Source of the DNA: Bilabrum cf. latius
Taxonomy: Eukaryota
Assembly (NCBI GenBank): GCA_965178125.1
Contig: OZ237745.1
Coordinates: 248,001-312,000 of the forward strand
Reading direction: 5' to 3'
DNA: 64,000 nt
Part shown: positions 61,795 through 64,000 of the stretch, in pieces
How positions within the stretch are numbered: the stretch's first letter is position 1
Layout of the letters: each line of letters begins with the position of its first letter
Notes under the pieces: generated by a model
The model's input: the letters and a program-made list of their open reading frames with translations, nothing else
What the model was told of the DNA's origin: nothing
The model's database searches: none
Program-made: the position numbers and the translations under genes

Positions 61795-62460
61795 AGGAGG
61801 CCACAAGCGCAGTCTGGTCCCAGGCCTGCCATTTATTTGCTCTTGATTACGTCAAGACTTTCCTGCGTCTGATCAATTGGGGCGCGAGATACCAAGTGGG
61901 TCGATGCATGTTTTAAGGAGAAAGGGTCTGATTCGTTGTTGACGTCGAATGGATGATTAGCGTCTGTGCGATGAGGATCCGGAGTCCGGATGGCTCTGCG
62001 AAGAAGAAGGAGAACGCGGCAACACTTTGTCCGTGGGTGGGAAGAGGACTAGTAGCGTTAGACATTGTAATTTGATTAACGGAAGAGGCAGTCCACGAAG
62101 AGTGGAGGTTGCATTTCTCCAATCAATCGCATCCATTCGGGGTGGAAGAGCTCAGGACTGACAGATTATCTTGAGTTCTTTTCCCATCCGCCCGGGCCCG
62201 GAGAACTCGTTGTGTGTCTCCGCTGGTGGACAAATCCATCGGCGGATTTGGCATATGGCGACGGCTCTGTGTTCGATGCCATGACTGGTTGAATCTGGGT
62301 GGTCGAGTCTGTAAAAGAAGCTTTCATGGAAGTCACGATGTCATGATGTCCTAAGCGTTGTCTCCGTGGCTATGCCCCACCCCACCCCACAGGGCTCCAA
62401 ACTTGCTGGCGCAGGCTGTCCACTCTACTCACTGCCGCCCCCTTGCAGGGAGCGCGGCTT

Positions 62461-63999
62461 TCACGTGATATCTACATCAGCCCATACAACTTGTTCTGCC
62501 TTCATAGGCGACTCGAATGGTGCAAGCATCCAGAATTTGCCTGCGTCGCGATACCTTTCTATGATACCATCACAGTACCCACGCAAGAAGAGTGCATGCC
62601 TCACGGCTCGCTCGCAGCGGCCCGTCAGAGTTGTGGAGTGTGATAAAGGGCCCAGGCCGTCGGCAGCCGCGATGGCCGTGGAGCAGTCGGACGGTGTGAA
62701 CTCTCCATCCGGAAGGTGCGATGCAGTGACTGATTGAAAGAGCTTTGGGTGGTAGGACTGCTCCATCAAGTGGACCATGGCTGCTCCCTGCTAAATACTC
62801 TCTGCGCGCAAATGAGAAGGTTGTCGAGCACCGCCCAACGACTAGACTAGAGACCGAACTTCCTCAATAGGAGAAGCTGCCCCAGTCAACAGAGCACCCG
62901 AAGTACACAGCTGGTCTAACAGTCGCACACTTTTGAGGTTAGAGCCTCGCAACTGCCTCGAAAACATGTCCCACTGCCTCACGGAAGGTGCGGGTTGGGC
63001 CGCCAGTTGCACTCTGTGAATGGCCAGAATTTCGATCAGGTCGGTTCTCGCCATCCACTTGCTCCGTATCTAGTTGAATGCACTGGTTCCAGATGCCATG
63101 ATCGTACGGGGTGCAACAATGAGTGGCCAGTATTTGTCTGGGCGCTGCCGTACCATCCACCAGGCGTCGTGTCTTGCTAGCTGCACCAGCAACGGCGACG
63201 CAGCTCGACCTACTAGGTCACCAACAGTGCTCCAGTCGCCGAGGCGGGCAGCATCTACGGAGGGAATGCTCTGCTTAGGCAGACCCGCGAGCGCAAACGG
63301 TCTATCCATTTCTGCCTAGGACTGATATCCTATGTCCTAGTACATTGGTGCCCCAGCGTTCAACTGAAGTGGGACGGGAGGACACTGCTGGAATTTGCTA
63401 GCCACGGCGGGCTTCAGCGACGCCACAGCAAAACGATTCTAGAAATGAATCGAGCCAGGCAGGACCGAGCCCTCCTTCAGCGCGTTTGCGTCTGCCTTCC
63501 GAATCAACCGATCGAAGGAAGTCACGTTGAAGTACTCGTCAACGTCCATGTTGATCATCCACTCGGCCAAGGGTTTGCCGTACTTGAATAGGAAGTGCAT
63601 CATCGAATGCGGCTGAGCCTCGTGTCTGTACCGCTGGTACTAGTCGGCGTGGCTATTTACTTTCCTGAAGGGCCATGATAGCTCGAGCACAGTAGGGTTA
63701 CGCCTGTTTGACACGTACGCCGTGTCTAGGCACCACTTGGAATATGGACTTGCAAGCTCAGGTGGCTGGGAGCACACCATTTTGCTACTGCTAGGGAAGA
63801 AATCTGCCGAGGGATCCACCGGGGCTTGCCGTGCATCGTCAAGCTGAATGCCCTCGCAGTAGAACTATACAGCCTGCACGGTCAGGCAGACGCCCTGTAG
63901 CCATTCGTCGTCATTCCGGTAGGCCACCACCGCCTCCACGCCCCGGTCAGCATGAAAAGCCGCCCATGACGCCATGTACCGCTCCTTGTCTTCCAGCAG
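62461..63999 (-). CDS. GT-A fold glycosyltransferase, GT92/DUF23-like, 5'-partial
   Basis: Frame open from the window end through TAGs to TGA 62463-62461. RYMASWAAFHADRGVEAVVAY, LSWPF, QPHSMMHFLFKY, EWMINMDVDEYF (DxD), RPDKYWPLIVAP. Confidence 0.65.
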
Positions 64000-64000
64000 C

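Noticed and set aside
61913-62122. Short minus-strand ORF as an extra exon of the glycosyltransferase
   Set aside because: Different frame, no motif, no convincing splice pair; the GT frame already ends at TGA 62463-62461.
3-63999. Cluster of pseudogenes or sequencing errors explaining the broken ORFs
   Set aside because: All interruptions are TAG, with no frameshifts or internal TAA/TGA. Catalytic motifs are intact, an essential gene (SF3B4) is affected, and one TAG is shared between paralogs.
3-63999. Prokaryotic or phage amber recoding (pyrrolysine, code 15 phage)
   Set aside because: Spliceosomal introns, SF3B4, PI3K, PX and TBC genes indicate eukaryotic nuclear DNA; there are no pyl or phage structural genes.

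Overview
This is a compact, GC-rich eukaryotic (protist-like) nuclear segment with about 20 tightly packed protein-coding genes and few, short GT-AG introns. The ORF track looks fragmented because TAG is not a stop codon here. Reading TAG as sense joins the fragments into long single-frame genes that end only at TGA (18 genes) or TAA (2 genes), and no in-frame TAA or TGA falls inside any recognisable domain. Conserved positions, a paralog alignment and a TAG heading a CAG run point to UAG = Gln while UAA stays a stop, a rare decoupled nuclear code. Genes under this code: a large low-complexity protein (partial), a TM-anchored TBC/Rab-GAP, two inverted paralogous CHASE-domain hybrid histidine kinases, a multi-fasciclin/EGF membrane protein, an alpha/beta hydrolase, a SIRT6/7-type sirtuin, a DUF268 protein, a PX-domain protein, a dihydroxyacetone kinase, a purple acid phosphatase, a class II CPD photolyase with an N-terminal TFIIS-N-like domain, a WW-cNMP-GAF-C2-PI3-kinase, a JMJD4-like JmjC hydroxylase, a DoxX/SURF4 protein, SF3B4, cystathionine gamma-lyase, a PDI-like protein, a secreted tailspike/pectate-lyase-like beta-helix protein and a GT92-like glycosyltransferase (partial). 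All family calls come from motifs recognised by eye; no searches were run.
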